A DNA stretch of 64,000 bases, from NCBI GenBank assembly GCA_964016885.1, contig OZ024743.1, positions 240,808,001 to 240,872,000 on the forward strand, given 5' to 3'. Position numbers and translations under genes: made by a program. The stretch comes from Eledone cirrhosa (taxonomy: Eukaryota). Positions within the stretch are counted from its first letter, which is position 1. Each line of letters begins with the position of its first letter. The notes beneath the pieces were generated by a model that saw only the letters and a program-made list of their open reading frames with translations, did not search any database and had not been told where the DNA came from. Below are positions 11,053-24,025 of the stretch, one piece after another.

Positions 11053-12000
11053 TAAGCAAAGAAAGAACTGCTACAGAAACTGGCTAAGAAATGGCAAGAA
11101 AAGCCTCTGTATGGAAAATACCCCGAGCGAGCTAACAATCCTGATGTTGACAAAACTTTAACCCATCAGTGGTTGGCATCCTCTGGACTGAAACCGGAGA
11201 CTGAAGGACTGATTATATCGGCACAAGATCAGTGTCTGCCAACAAAAAATTACCAAGCCAACATAATCAAAAATGGGTGCAGCCCATTATGCCGTGTATG
11301 CAAAAAACAACCAGAGACCATTGACCATATAATTTCAATGTGCAGTCCTATAACTCCAACCGAATACCTAAACAGGCATGACAGAGCTGCACAATACATA
11401 CATTGGATAATGTGTAAGCATTTTGACCTGCCCCATCAAAAGAATTGGTGGGAGCATCAACCACCTCCCATACTTGAAAAAGATCACATCTCAATCTTGT
11501 GGAACTTTAGCATCCAAACAGACCGAAAAATAGATGCAAACAGACCTGATATAATATTGAAAGACTTTCAAAAGAGGGTATGCCTGCTAATTCATATGTC
11601 CGTTGCAATAGACAAGAATGTATCTATAAAAACATTTGAAAAATTGAGCAAGTATAAGGACCTGGAGATAGAAATTGGAAAAATGTGGAAATTGAGAACT
11701 AAAACAATACCAGTGGTTGTAGGCGCTCTGGGAATGATACCTAAGGGGTCTAATGATTACATATCGCAAATCCCAGGAAACCCGCGTATAGGAGAAATAC
11801 AAAAGATAGTATTAATGGGAACTGCCCATATACTAAGGAAGATTCTGTCAATATAAGTACATCACAAGTCTAAACACTAAAGATGCATGTGTGAGTATGT
11901 ATGTTCTTTCTTGAACATGGCGGACCTTATTGTCTCTTGAGGTCACTGGTTGTGACTTGGTGATAACTCGTATGAACATAAAGCAAGATAAATGCAACTG
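11053..12000 (+). mobile_element. 5'-truncated R4/Dong-like non-LTR retrotransposon in (TAA)n
   Basis: (AAT)n on both sides (10993-11052, 12000-12030); restriction-like endonuclease ORF followed by a short 3' UTR. Confidence 0.85.
11054..11856 (+). pseudogene. C-terminal CCHC zinc finger + restriction-like endonuclease of an R4/Dong-like LINE
   Basis: WQEKPLYGKY, CRVC..ETIDHIISMC, YLNRHD, NRPDIILKD, EKLSKYKDL, PVVVGALG. The usual acidic residue after PD reads H (LLIHMS). Confidence 0.85.
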
Positions 12001-12024
12001 TAATAATAATAATAAAATAATAAT

Positions 12025-12675
12025 AATAATTGTTTCTACTTTTGGCAGAAGGCCAGCAAATTACCCAGTACATTACTGGTACTTTATTTTATCGACCCCG
12101 TAAGGATGAAAGGCAAAGTTAACCTCGACGGGATTTGAACTCAGTCCGTAAAGGGACGTAACTATGCTAGAAAGCATCGCGTCCAACTCTCTACCGATAC
12201 TGTCAAATTGCCATAATAATAATAATAATTGTTTCTACTTTAGGCACAAGGTCAGCAATTACCCAGTGCATTACTGGTACTTTATTTTAATAATAATAAT
12301 AATGGTTTCTTATATAGGCACAAGGCCAGCAATTTTGAGAAGGGGAAAGTCGATTAAATCGACCCCAGTACGTGACTGCTACTTTATTTTATTGACCCCG
12401 TAAGGATGAAAGTCAAAGATAACCTTGGCAGGATTTGAGACTCAGAATTATAATGATAATAATAGGGGGGTTGACAGTATCGGTAGAACGTTGGACATGC
12501 TTCCCGGTATATTGTTACGCCCCTTTACGTTCTGAGTTCAAATCATGCCGAGGTTAACTTTGCCTTTCATCCTTACAAGGTCGATAAAATGAAGTACCAG
12601 TAATGTACTGGAGTCGATTTAATCGACTTTCCCTTCCCCCAAAACTGTTGGCCTTTTGCCTAAATCAGAAACCAT
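12025..12675. mobile_element. Cluster of four tRNA-derived SINE copies/fragments (three on -, one on +)
   Basis: Share GAGTTCAAATCCCGCCGAGGTTAACTTTGCCTTTCATCCTTACGGGGTCGATAAAATAAAGTACCAG and the GGCCTTGTGCC..GAAAC(A/C)ATTATT tail; separated by (AAT)n. Confidence 0.85.
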
Positions 12676-12974
12676 GACTATATTTCACAATACAACGCCA
12701 ATTTTATTTATTGTCAACGCTATTGCTATTGTTATGCTACGCCGTATCTCCAACACCACGCCTGCGCCTTCTACTTTTCCTGCCCCACCAATCATCATCT
12801 TCCCCCTCCAATTATTGTAGGGACCCCGAAATTGTTGTATAACAAAATTATGTTCTCTCTTCGAAAGCTATATTCTTATCCAGCCCAGATAACACTTCTA
12901 GCACTACCCGCACCAGCACCACCGCCACTACCACAGGCACATACCACTGCAACTACTAATACTCCCCACCCCCA

Positions 12975-12990
12975 CTACTACTACTACTAT

Positions 12991-13034
<44 letters not shown>

Positions 13035-13113
13035 TGACAACAACCACAACACCACCACCACCACCACCACCACCACCACCACCACCACCACCACCACCAC
13101 CACCACCACCACC

Positions 13114-13186
<73 letters not shown>

Positions 13187-13237
13187 TTGCTATAACTACT
13201 ACTTCTATGACAACCACCACAACACCACCATCACCAA

Positions 13238-13292
<55 letters not shown>

Positions 13293-13310
13293 GCTACTAC
13301 TACTACCACC
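12975..13310. repeat. Compound (CTA)n/(CCA)n microsatellite
   Basis: Seen directly. Confidence 0.95.
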
Positions 13311-13635
13311 ACGTCCCTTATCGTGACCACTACAATCATCAGTCATTACCAGCGATATGACCACCACTATCAGTACTGACTATCGTCATTACTACCACAA
13401 CAATGACCACCACATATACTACCACCAACACCAACATCACCATCATCATCACAACTACCACCAATACCACCATTTCAACCAGCAGCCCCTCCACAACCAT
13501 CATGATTGTACTATCTTCCCATCAATCTAAAACCTCTCTATAACCAAATGATCTTATTTCTATTAGCTGAAACAATCTTTCGTATAACTTTGAGTCCACT
13601 TTCAACTACTTAAGTATTTAGCTTAAAGCATCTCT

Positions 13636-13715
<80 letters not shown>

Positions 13716-13835
13716 AATGTTAAAGTTATTTTTATGTAAAACCCCCGCCGTCACGTCTTGTAATGTCCCATTTTTGTACGCCCGTGTGGCAAATAAAGAA
13801 ATATATCTATGTGCCCCTGTGGCTAATAAAGAAAT
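13716..13835 (+). mobile_element. Two tandem Tx1-like 3'-end fragments within (TATC)n
   Basis: GCCCGTGTGGCAAATAAAGAAA and GCCCCTGTGGCTAATAAAGAAA resemble the 3' end at 27641-27662; (TATC)n on both flanks. Confidence 0.7.
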
Positions 13836-13836
13836 A

Positions 13837-13875
<39 letters not shown>

Positions 13876-13900
13876 ATATATATATATATATGTATGTATA

Positions 13901-14020
<120 letters not shown>

Positions 14021-14397
14021 CATACAGATAGATAGATAGATAGATAGATATGCGTATATGCACACACATTCACATGCATACATATATACATATATATATA
14101 CGTATGCACACATAGGTTTGTGCGAGGGTGTGAGTGTGTTGGGGGGGGGGGGGGTAAATTTATTCCTTTAGACATATTTTATTGTGGTTTGGACATAAGG
14201 ATGGTGCGAAGGTCGACACGTCAAAGCGTCGATGGACAAAGAGATTACTTTGTTCTGTTTATTCTGGTTCTTTTACCACCTTAATTCCAATTCTGCTGGG
14301 GGGATCAATATTACCTTTCATTATTCCGGGCATAACCCCCTTTCTTGATTGCTGGCCATGTTCTTACATTATTATTATTTTATAAAATTTTATAAAA

Positions 14398-14779
14398 GGG
14401 CGGTATCTGTAGAGGGTCGGACGCCATGCTTTCCAGCATAGTTACGTCCCTTTACGATCTGAGTTCAAATCCCGCCGAGGTTAACTTTGCCTTTCATCCT
14501 TACGGGGTCGATAAAATAAAGTACCAGTAATGCACTGGGTAATTGCTGGCCTTGTGCCTAAAGTAGAAACAATTATTATTTTATAAAATTAGTAGAGGTA
14601 GAGGTAGAGGGTCGGACGCCATGCTTTGACGCATTGAGTTACGGCCCTTGCCATTCTGAATTCAAATCCCGCCGAGGTTAACTTTGCCTTTCATCCTTAC
14701 GGGGTCGATAAAATAAAGTACCAGTAATACACTGGGTAATTTGCTGGCCTTGTGCCAAAAAGTAGAAACAATTATTATT
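14398..14779 (+). mobile_element. Two tandem SINE copies
   Basis: B box GAGTTCAAATCC, conserved central domain and tail; ATTATTTTATAAAATT repeated before, between and after. Confidence 0.9.
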
Positions 14780-15313
14780 TTATAAAATTAGAATAATCCT
14801 ATTATTTGAACGTATACATCCTTTTATCTTATGAAACTAATTGTCATGACTCCAGTCACTTTTTTCTCAGCAACAAAATACTTTAACCAGCAACTCCGCC
14901 ATTGCAAATAGAAATAGAGAGCTGATGAAATAAAGCTTTAAACAATCACAACCACCAATTTCACCACTACCTCCACCACCACTATCACCACCACCCCCAC
15001 CATTAACTAACACCTACACCACCAATACCAACATCAACCCCAGCACTAAATCACATCCAACACCACCATCATCACCATCGCCAACAACAACAACAATAAT
15101 AGCAACAAATTTGACGTAAAAAGAAAATTCTTTATCGACGCCATGTTTGTTTTCGTTATCTGTCACTACTTCATTTTCTTCTCCTTCTTTTCTTTCCATT
15201 ACCCCAGCCATCTCTATACAATTTCCGAGTATGTATTCATTTATATATGTATATGTATATGCATATGTATATGTATATATAAATGTATATATATATACAT
15301 ATACATATATATT

Positions 15314-15395
<82 letters not shown>

Positions 15396-15570
15396 TGTAT
15401 AATACATATATATATATATTATTTGTATATATATATATATATTTATAAATATATATTAATGTATATATAAATATATAATATATTATATATATATATAAAT
15501 ATATATTATGTATAATACATATATATATATATTTGTATATATATATATAGAGATAGAGAGAACGAGAGAA

Positions 15571-15730
<160 letters not shown>

Positions 15731-15972
15731 TATATATATTTGTATATGTATGTATGTGTGTATGTATGAACCAGAACAACCTAGAAATCTATGGCCGTGC
15801 GTCATCTTTACATATTGAAGTATATCAGATTATTTCAAAACAGGCGGTAGGCAAACAAATTGTCAAAATCAAATTTCGTATTCAATTTACACATATACCA
15901 AGTTTCTCTCTTGTCTCCATGTTCCTCTTTCTTATTGAGTATAATTGGAGAGGAAGTATAAGATAGAGAGGG

Positions 15973-16022
<50 letters not shown>

Positions 16023-16143
16023 CACATATATATATATATAACACAACGGAAAATACTGTATATATATATGTATATATATATGTATATTATATATATATGT
16101 ATATATATATATATATGTATATATATACATGTATATATATATA

Positions 16144-16190
<47 letters not shown>

Positions 16191-16210
16191 ATATATAGAT
16201 ATATAGATGA

Positions 16211-16372
<162 letters not shown>

Positions 16373-16605
16373 CTCACCATAGATAAGTGGATTGAGAATG
16401 TGAGGCAGAGAGAATGAGAGATTGTCAACGAGAGTTTGTGTGTGTTTATGCCTAACAATTTGTTTTTCTGCTTAGGGTTTTAAGTTAGTGAAATTTAATT
16501 ATTTGTATAGCATAGATTTAGTATTCTTCTTTTAAAAAATATATTGAATGATTTATTATATGCTTTGTTGTTTATTGTGTTCATGGAACAGTGAAGACGA
16601 CGGCG

Positions 16606-16712
16606 GAGAAGAAGAAGAAGAAGAAGAAGAAGAAGAAGAAGAAGAAGAAGAAGAAGAAGAAGAAGAAGAAGAAGAAGAAGAAGAAGAAGAAGAAGGAAGA
16701 AGAAGAAGAAGA
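16606..16712. repeat. (GAA)n microsatellite (another at 29878-29947)
   Basis: Seen directly. Confidence 0.95.
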
Positions 16713-17875
16713 AATGACACGGAAAATCGATAATAATTGTTTCTAGCATAGACATAATGTAGTAAACGTGAGTGGTGATGGAGAGGGAGATGTCAATTAT
16801 CTCAGTACCTTGTACTTAACTGGTACACATTCTTGGAAATGCAACCCTACTAGGGCTGATAGCACTATACGCTATCCAAGAACTGTATCTGCTAGGAACA
16901 GCCGGCATCCTGCCCAAGACATTAGCAATTCAATAGAACAGTTGAAACAGAACAATTGCCACACGCAACACAAACCCACAACACAAAGTCCTAATAAAAT
17001 AAAGCAACATAACTCACACATAACATATTCTAGATTAAAACGCATTAAAATAACAGAATACGCGTTATACACACCATAGACAACAGTAGAGGCACTAACA
17101 TAGCCAAAGAAACAATAAGCTAAATCCCGTAAACAAAACAAGTCTGATGCAGTGACACTAACTGGAGGAGTTTATACTCCCTATACCACCCACAAAAATA
17201 ATGACACAATGCTACACACACCCCAGGGAAAAAGCAATATTGACCATAATTACGTACAAAAATATGTTTAAATAGTTTTATATCACGGAATGGCTTTATA
17301 ATTTGCTGCATCCTTTGTCTGCCATGTCTTCATCAACGAGCGGGAGCACGGCAATATATTAGGGATGTAATATTTCTTCATTGAACGATAATTCCCAGAT
17401 GGAATGGCTTTTTCTTTGACGTGATGTTCCATTGTAAAAACAAACACTTAGCAACTTCGTCTGGCGATTCTAATTTGCTGCTTTTCACACTGTGTGATCA
17501 CGTGTTGTCAACAAGTAGAAAGGTAAATTGCTCGAGTCAAACACTTGTTAGCTCTTAACGTCTTCTACCACATGAAACCACATCAATAAGACAGCCTTGA
17601 AAAGTACAAAATAGTACGATGACTGCATCACATTAACAATCCAAGCCTTTACTCTAATACCGAACATGTTTGCAACAAGTTGTCTAATAAATAGCAAGGG
17701 AAAAAGCAAAGGCATAGACCATTAACTCCTGGTGGAGTCGCAGGGGTGTGTTTTAATCATAGGTTTTCTTTACGAGGATCGCCTGAAACGTTCATAGGCT
17801 GACTATGAAGAAGTGATGCTAGATCTGTGAAATGTTTCGTGCATTAATTTCGACACTTCTAATAAATAACTACAT

Positions 17876-18095
17876 TGGTGATGGATTGGCAGTGTCAGTA
17901 GAGCATCGAACAATATGCTTTTCAGCATAGAGTTACGGCCCTTTAGGTTCTGAGTTCAAATCCAGCCAAGGTTAGCTTTGCCTTTCATCCTTACTTCTAG
18001 ATAACATAAAGCACCAGTGATTCACTGAGGTCGATATAATCGACTTCCTCTCTCCCCAAAATGTTGGCCTTGTGTCTAAATCAGAAACCATTAAT
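17876..18095 (+). mobile_element. SINE copy, long-tail variant
   Basis: Head TGGATTGGCAGTGTCAGTAGAG, B box, central domain, tail GGCCTTGTGTCTAAATCAGAAACCATT. Confidence 0.85.
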
Positions 18096-18408
18096 AACTA
18101 AATTGTTTGTTTTTTCTAGGGATTATGTTGAAATATAAACCTCATTTGATTATTCCATGAGAGTTTCTTGGTCAGCCTATGAATTTTTCTGCCTAGGATC
18201 TTTTCAGCCGACCCTCGTAAAATCCTGCTTTCAAAATCCGTTCCGGCATCCAAAATTTATTTTGGTTTCATTCAAATCACTTAAATCATTTAATTTAAAC
18301 GTGTTTTCTTTTTATATCAGGATTTAGATCTGAAATGTAATATTTTTGAATAACATATTTGGATTTTTGAATATTATGTCATTCACTGACTGAGCCAAGG
18401 GGTTGAAC

Positions 18409-18481
18409 AAAAACCAATCGCCATATAAAAATGCATCCACACACACACACACACGAACGCACGCGCACACACACACACACA

Positions 18482-18514
<33 letters not shown>

Positions 18515-18521
18515 GAACGCA

Positions 18522-18608
<87 letters not shown>

Positions 18609-18881
18609 CGCATATGCACATACACAAGCACAAACAGACACACAAGTACCGACAGAACAATATATTTTCATTTAGATACTGCGGGATATAATAATAGCTA
18701 CTGATGCATAATGACTATGATACTGTTGATATAGGTGTTAGTAATGGTGGTGATGGTGATGATAATGGTGATTATATATATATATGTATGTATATATATA
18801 TATATATATATGAAATATATGAAATATAAGAATCAAAGAATTGCTCAAAACATTATTGTGCTTACAGCTGTTTCCTCCAAA

Positions 18882-18970
<89 letters not shown>

Positions 18971-18975
18971 TGCGT

Positions 18976-19034
<59 letters not shown>

Positions 19035-19085
19035 CGTTCGTGTGTGTGTATGTGTGGATGCATTTTTATATGGCGATTGGTTTTT
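18409..19085. repeat. Inverted duplication of ~200 bp (unique 30 bp + interrupted CA repeat)
   Basis: AAAAACCAATCGCCATATAAAAATGCATCCAC at 18409 and its reverse complement ending at 19085; both arms carry two GAACGCACGC interruptions. Confidence 0.9.
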
Positions 19086-19228
19086 TTACATTGAGCTACT
19101 TAACTTACTGGTAACTTACTGGTAATAAGGTAGTAATACATTACTGCCTACCACTATTTAGGGTGTGTGTAAAATACTTACAACTGCTTAAGGTTTTGTG
19201 TTTACATAACCATAAATAGTATAACTAA

Positions 19229-19269
<41 letters not shown>

Positions 19270-19532
19270 TATATACATATATACATATATATATAAATAT
19301 AATATAATTTAATATATATATATGTGTGTGTGTATGTATCTGTGTGTCCAAATATATGTTTACGTATGTATGTATGCATGCATGTATGTGTGAGCAAATC
19401 TGTATGTAGCTGTACGTGTATTGTGTTTGACGCATGTAAAGCACCAATTTAACCAAAGGTCGATATATTCTGATTGCATTCCGAAAAATCATGATTGATA
19501 TAATCATTAACGTTAACATCACCATTTCTCTG

Positions 19533-19617
<85 letters not shown>

Positions 19618-19891
19618 CATATAATTGTGTATGTGTGTGTATGTATATACATTTTTCTCCTCACCTATCTGACTGATTAGAGTAAGTGTGACACTATTAT
19701 TAGAAGCTAACGCTAAGTGGATAATGGTTTTATTTCTAAAAGTAAGTCTGATCTCAAAACCGATGTTTTACTAATATGTTACTGTGTCTGGATGAAAATT
19801 AACAAGTCCACAGCTACTGACCGATCGCTATTTCAGCGTCACACTTACACCCACACGACTACCACATACACACACATATATATATAGAAAA

Positions 19892-20052
19892 ATAATTGTT
19901 TCTACTTTAGGCACAAGACCAGCATTTACTCAGTGCATTACTAGTACTTTATTTTATCGACCCCGTAAGGATGAAAGGCAAAGTCAACCTCGGCGGGATT
20001 TGAACTCAGATCGTAAAGGGACACTCTCTACCGATACTGCCAATCCACCGCT
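19892..20052 (-). mobile_element. SINE copy with internal deletion
   Basis: Reverse complement of the tail, central domain and head of the 41328 family. Confidence 0.85.
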
Positions 20053-21172
20053 ATATATATATATATAGAAACATAATACGCACTGTTTTACGATGGCACG
20101 AGCCAATGAACCTACTGTTATGTAGTCACTTGACGTGGTAGAAATAGCAGCTTAGATTCCCTCAAACCATATCTTACCTTGTACATCTTGGGAAAAAGTT
20201 AAATGCTTTATTTGTTTGTTTGTTTGTTTATTTGTTTGTGTTACTTTTTATTCAAGAAAGGAAAGCTAGCATACCTTACACTTCGGCAAATGATGGTAGA
20301 AAGGGAAGAAGTTATCGTCAAACCAAAGACATAGATCGAATACTTACATCTGAGCCCACTTCTCATGATGTCTCCATGGAACATGTGTTGGAGTTAAGAT
20401 ATCCCAGAACGTAAAGAAACGCAGTAGACACCGGAGTGCATCTCGTCACACGCTCAAAAATTTGTAATTCTAGACTGGTATTTTATTTTAGTGACCTCGA
20501 AATAATAATTTATAATTTAGGTGAGAGAAGGGAAAATGGATTATATCGAAACCATTGTTTGACTAGTACTTTATTTTACCGACTGTGAAATAATGAACCG
20601 CAAAGTTAGGTTCGGCGAGATTTGGACTCCAAATGCAGATGTATGTGTGTTTGGACCTGTAATTCCTGATGAATAGGAAAATCGCAGTGACACGCGGCTT
20701 GTCGTGACATTTTAAACAGTCGATTTCTTTCAGAGAAGGAGAGTGTAAAAGAGACATTCTTGAAGAAATGACTCCACTACTGGACTGATACTTTTTGTCG
20801 ACTTCTAAATCAGGAAAGGCAAAGTCGATCTCGGTGGCGTTCGTTTGAAGACTGAGGACTCAGAGAGCCAGAGACGAATACCCAAAATATTCTATCTGAC
20901 ATACTGACAATTCTGCCAATTCTTTGTCTATCAACAATACATTGCATAAGATAAAATCCTATATATGTATTATATAATATTAATTGCCAACACGAGCGCT
21001 AATTATATGTAAATTAGTACGTCTATTTCAGAGTAATACTAAGAGCGAATGGGCAAATACTTGCTTCCTTGTGATTAATTTGATGTTACTACAGTGCTAG
21101 TCAAGTTTAATAGTCTTAACACTTTTTCAATTCTTTTTGCAAATTCTTGAAGTTGATGTATTCGGGCGTTTC

Positions 21173-21712
21173 ATGAAAAATCGACAAAATCGAGTATCGA
21201 GCAGTGATCAAGTATCTGTAGTTGAAAGGCATGACCCAAGCTGAGATCCATAAGGACATGCAACACACATCAGAGAAAGATGTCCCATCATATGCCACGG
21301 CTAAACGCTGTGTCAATGAATTCAAGTGTGGCAAGGAAGCTGTGGAAGATGACCCGAGGAATGGGAGGCCATCAACAGTGACCATACCAGAGAAGATTGA
21401 CCTTGTCCTTGGGATGGTGATGGAGGATCGATGACTGACATTTCATTAGATAGCAAACAGGTTAGGTATCTTCCGACTTCTACCTGTTCCAAAATATGAA
21501 TAAAGATATGGCCAGGCAACACTACGCCACAGATGATGACGTCAAACATACTGTGGACATCTACCTGAAGGATCAAACTAAGGAGTTCTCTTTAGCAGGA
21601 TCCAGTCACATCAGAACCGGTTGAAGAAGTGTGTGGACTCAAAGAATATGTTGTAAAATAAAACAAGAAAATATTTGCATATGCTACCGTTTCTTTTCAG
21701 TTGCCCCTCGTG
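21173..21712 (+). mobile_element. Internally deleted mariner transposon (transposase pseudogene + right TIR)
   Basis: KIEYRAVIKYL*LKG..EIHKDM..PSYATAKRCVNEFKCG..VEDDPRNGRPST (HTH region) jumps to SDFYLF..DDDVK..RLKKCVD (C terminus). CTTTTCAGTTGCCCCTCGTGTA resembles a mariner TIR. Confidence 0.85.
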
Positions 21713-21725
21713 TATCTATCTATCT

Positions 21726-21754
21726 TTGATGCCCTGGTGGCAAATAAAAAGAAA

Positions 21755-21757
<3 letters not shown>
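21726..21757 (+). mobile_element. Short Tx1-like 3'-end fragment in (TATC)n
   Basis: GCCCTGGTGGCAAATAAAAAGAAA between TATC repeats, just upstream of the full element. Confidence 0.6.
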
Positions 21758-21848
<91 letters not shown>

Positions 21849-22230
21849 CTAGCTGTCGTCTGTTCTACAGTGTGGATGTAATTCACTTCGCGCAGAAGTT
21901 TTGTTCAAATTTATTGCGGAAATTTTGTGAGTTCAAATTTAATTTTGATACTATTGTGTAGCTTGACACCCCGTCTGAACTGTCAGACGGTGGGTCAGCT
22001 CATCTTTACCCCTCCTAGAGGTGAAAAACCTGTTTTTTTTAATTTTGTGGCAAAAAAAAAAAATTTTCAATCGTCTGACAGAAATGTTAAACGAAGCGAA
22101 CGAAAACAGTGGTGGGGGACAGCGGTAAGAGTTGTAAGCTCGCACGCTTTAGTCCCCTCTTCCTTCCCAACTAACGTCATAGAGAAGGAAGGAAAAAACA
22201 AAATAAAAACAGACGAATCTGCGGAGAAAA

Positions 22231-24025
22231 ATGACGAAAACACAAATCTGGACATGGATTCCAACAACGAAAAAAAAAAATTTGAAAAATTGCATGACAA
22301 TATTAATACCACAAACAAAGACAAGAAACACAAAAATAACATTTGAAAACAACATAACAGAAAGCAAAGCAGACGACAGAGTCAACAAGATTTCATTTGC
22401 ACAAAAAACAAAGAAATCTTTGACATATATACCCGAAAATATTTCAGATGTGGCACGAAGAATCACAGACGCCAAACAATACATAAGTGAAGGAGAGAAT
22501 GGTATTTTATCGGTTAAAATGCCTCAAGAACTCACCAAAGACATTGAAAGTCGAACGGTCGTGTTCCGCACCATCAACAACACTTCAAAAAAACCTGAAC
22601 AGCCTTCTCAAGCAGATATCAAAACAGTACTCACAGAAGTACTTAATGAAACCACTTTCATAAGAAAAGACAGACTCTATGGAAGCCTAGCAATTATTAT
22701 GAAGAACGAATCGGCGGCAAAAAAATGTGCTTTGTCACCGATTCGTTCGAAAAATTTTACCTTTTATCCATCTTATATGGGGAAAAGAACTCAACGCATA
22801 TGGCTGGATGCAATGATGCCAGATGTGGACTACTGCTGGCTCATAGCTGGCTTCATCGATCCAGTGAATGACAACGTGATTTCCATTGGGAAAACCACAG
22901 GCAATGCGTTCAGTGGAACAGGTATAGAGCTGGTAGTGCAAATGAAGCCTGAACGCATCGCCCAAATACCCGACAGAATCCTATTAGAGGGCCACAGGTA
23001 TATAAACATTAGCGTGGAGGGGAGAAGGCCATCCTGTCATATCTGTGCAGGCAGAGGGCACCTGAAGGCCGCTTGTCCCCAACTCAACAAAAAGAAAACC
23101 CTGCTACCAACACCAGCTCCACCACCACCACCACAACAGATACACAAACAACAAAACTCAGTCCCACCCAACCCGTCCCTCAGTAAAACTACACCACCAC
23201 CACAACACAAACAGTCACAATACATTACCCCAAAACAAAATACAGGCCCACCCAACCCCTCACTCAATAAAACAACACAACCACCGCAGACACAACACAC
23301 AACACAGTCTAACATAGTGACATCCATCTCCCCCACAAAGAAAACCAACACGGAAACATTACCAGCAAACATACCTCTTCCCTCCAACACTGAAGATAAC
23401 CCAACGAATTCGGAGGAAGGAACGGAGTCCTTCAGACAGATTAAAAGGAAAAAAAGAAAACGTGCAAAACACACAAGGCCAAACAACCCCCACCCAAATG
23501 TCAACACAATCCAACAAAACAGAAAACACCCTTCCAGCAACAAACAAAACCAAACCTGCCCCTCGCCTCTTCGAAACACTCACACCATCCGAAAAAAAGA
23601 CATTACACTATACTTACATCAACAGAAACAATAATAAATTAAATGAACTCATAAACAATAATCCTTCGGTACAAACCGAAGGTGTAAACTTCGTTTCTTC
23701 AGAAAACTACCCACATTTAAAATTAATAAAGATCCCAATGAACCTCTACCAAAAACTAAAAAAGGATTTTAAGGAGGACGTAGGACCACCCTCTGTCAAA
23801 CCCATAAACCGCGTCCTACTAAAAAGCTTTCCCCCTCCCCTTCCCCTCCCAACACAACTCCAAACACCCCAACACCACCACACACTGACGACCCCACACC
23901 ACCACAAGACACCCCTTCACCCAACACCCCCGACCCCATGGAAGTCGTGCAACCCGAACCCCGGGAAGCGGAAAGGTAGGTCTCTACACTCTCCTTTGGC
24001 TCTGCCGCCCACATGGATGTGTTAA
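22231..24025 (+). pseudogene. LINE ORF1 (gag-like CCHC knuckle, Pro/Thr-rich tail), frameshifted
   Basis: CHICAGRGHLKAAC (CX2CX4HX4C), basic KRKKRKRAK; overlapping frames 21927-22346, 22231-23634 and 23462-24025. Confidence 0.85.
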
